A DNA stretch of 32,000 nucleotides, taken from assembly GCA_015256915.3 (NCBI GenBank), contig CP076101.2:270001-302000 (forward strand), written 5' to 3'. Positions 31,985 to 32,000 of the stretch are shown here, one piece after another. The notes under the pieces were generated by a model. It was not told where the DNA came from. It worked only from the letters and a program-made list of their open reading frames with translations, and made no database searches. The DNA comes from Candidatus Saccharimonas sp. (GTDB taxonomy: Bacteria > Patescibacteriota > Saccharimonadia > Saccharimonadales > Saccharimonadaceae). The number at the start of each line of letters is the position of its first letter. Positions within the stretch are counted from its first letter, which is position 1. The position numbers were made by a program, and so were the translations under genes.

Positions 31985-32000
31985 CTTCAATAGTATAACA

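Noticed and set aside
1-32000. CRISPR arrays, rRNA genes, transposases, integrases, IS-type terminal inverted repeats, and alternative genetic code (UGA recoding, as in some candidate-phyla lineages).
   Set aside because: No regularly spaced direct repeats with unique spacers were seen. The only pervasive repeat is the short TTCGAA palindrome. No rRNA-like or transposase/integrase-like translations appear in the six-frame track. Conserved proteins are full-length under the standard code, and TGA functions as a stop in the ATGA overlaps at 4969-4972 and 24520-24523.

Overview
Low-GC (roughly one-third GC by eye), very gene-dense bacterial chromosomal segment, transcribed mostly from the minus strand. 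All family assignments come from motifs I can read in the translations; no HMM or BLAST search was run. Recognisable core genes: a type IV pilin-like gene, tRNA-Gln(CUG), tgt, rplK, nusG, secE, a PAS histidine kinase, dnaB, dnaX, a UvrD/PcrA-type helicase fused to a RecB-type nuclease, trigger factor, a SpoU/TrmH methyltransferase, an FAD-linked oxidase, rsmD, a TMEM175/DUF1211-like membrane protein, rpsG, rpsL, mnmA, a DUF218 protein and an IscS/NifS-type cysteine desulfurase. The compact style, the pilin, rplK without rplA and rpsL-rpsG without fusA fit a CPR/Patescibacteria-like organism, but this is inference only. I saw no rRNA, CRISPR array, transposase or integrase. Four things deserve a second look. 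(1) An accessory block lies downstream of tRNA-Gln (about 2.9-6.5 kb). Its centrepiece is a translationally coupled GHKL-ATPase plus STAS-like (DUF4325-type) gene pair with no sigma factor, phosphatase or effector nearby. The pair is driven by a perfect-consensus leaderless promoter embedded in a perfect 17-bp palindrome. This is my best candidate for an undescribed system. (2) The palindrome TTCGAA/TTTCGAAA is strongly over-represented across coding and non-coding DNA, yet absent from a 2.6-kb stretch covering that cassette. (3) At least ten genes have a -10 box 6-9 nt from the ATG and no Shine-Dalgarno, a recurrent leaderless layout. (4) Conserved ribosomal-protein clusters are broken: a minimal nucleotidyltransferase sits between nusG and rplK, and the rpsL-rpsG operon ends at its own terminator.
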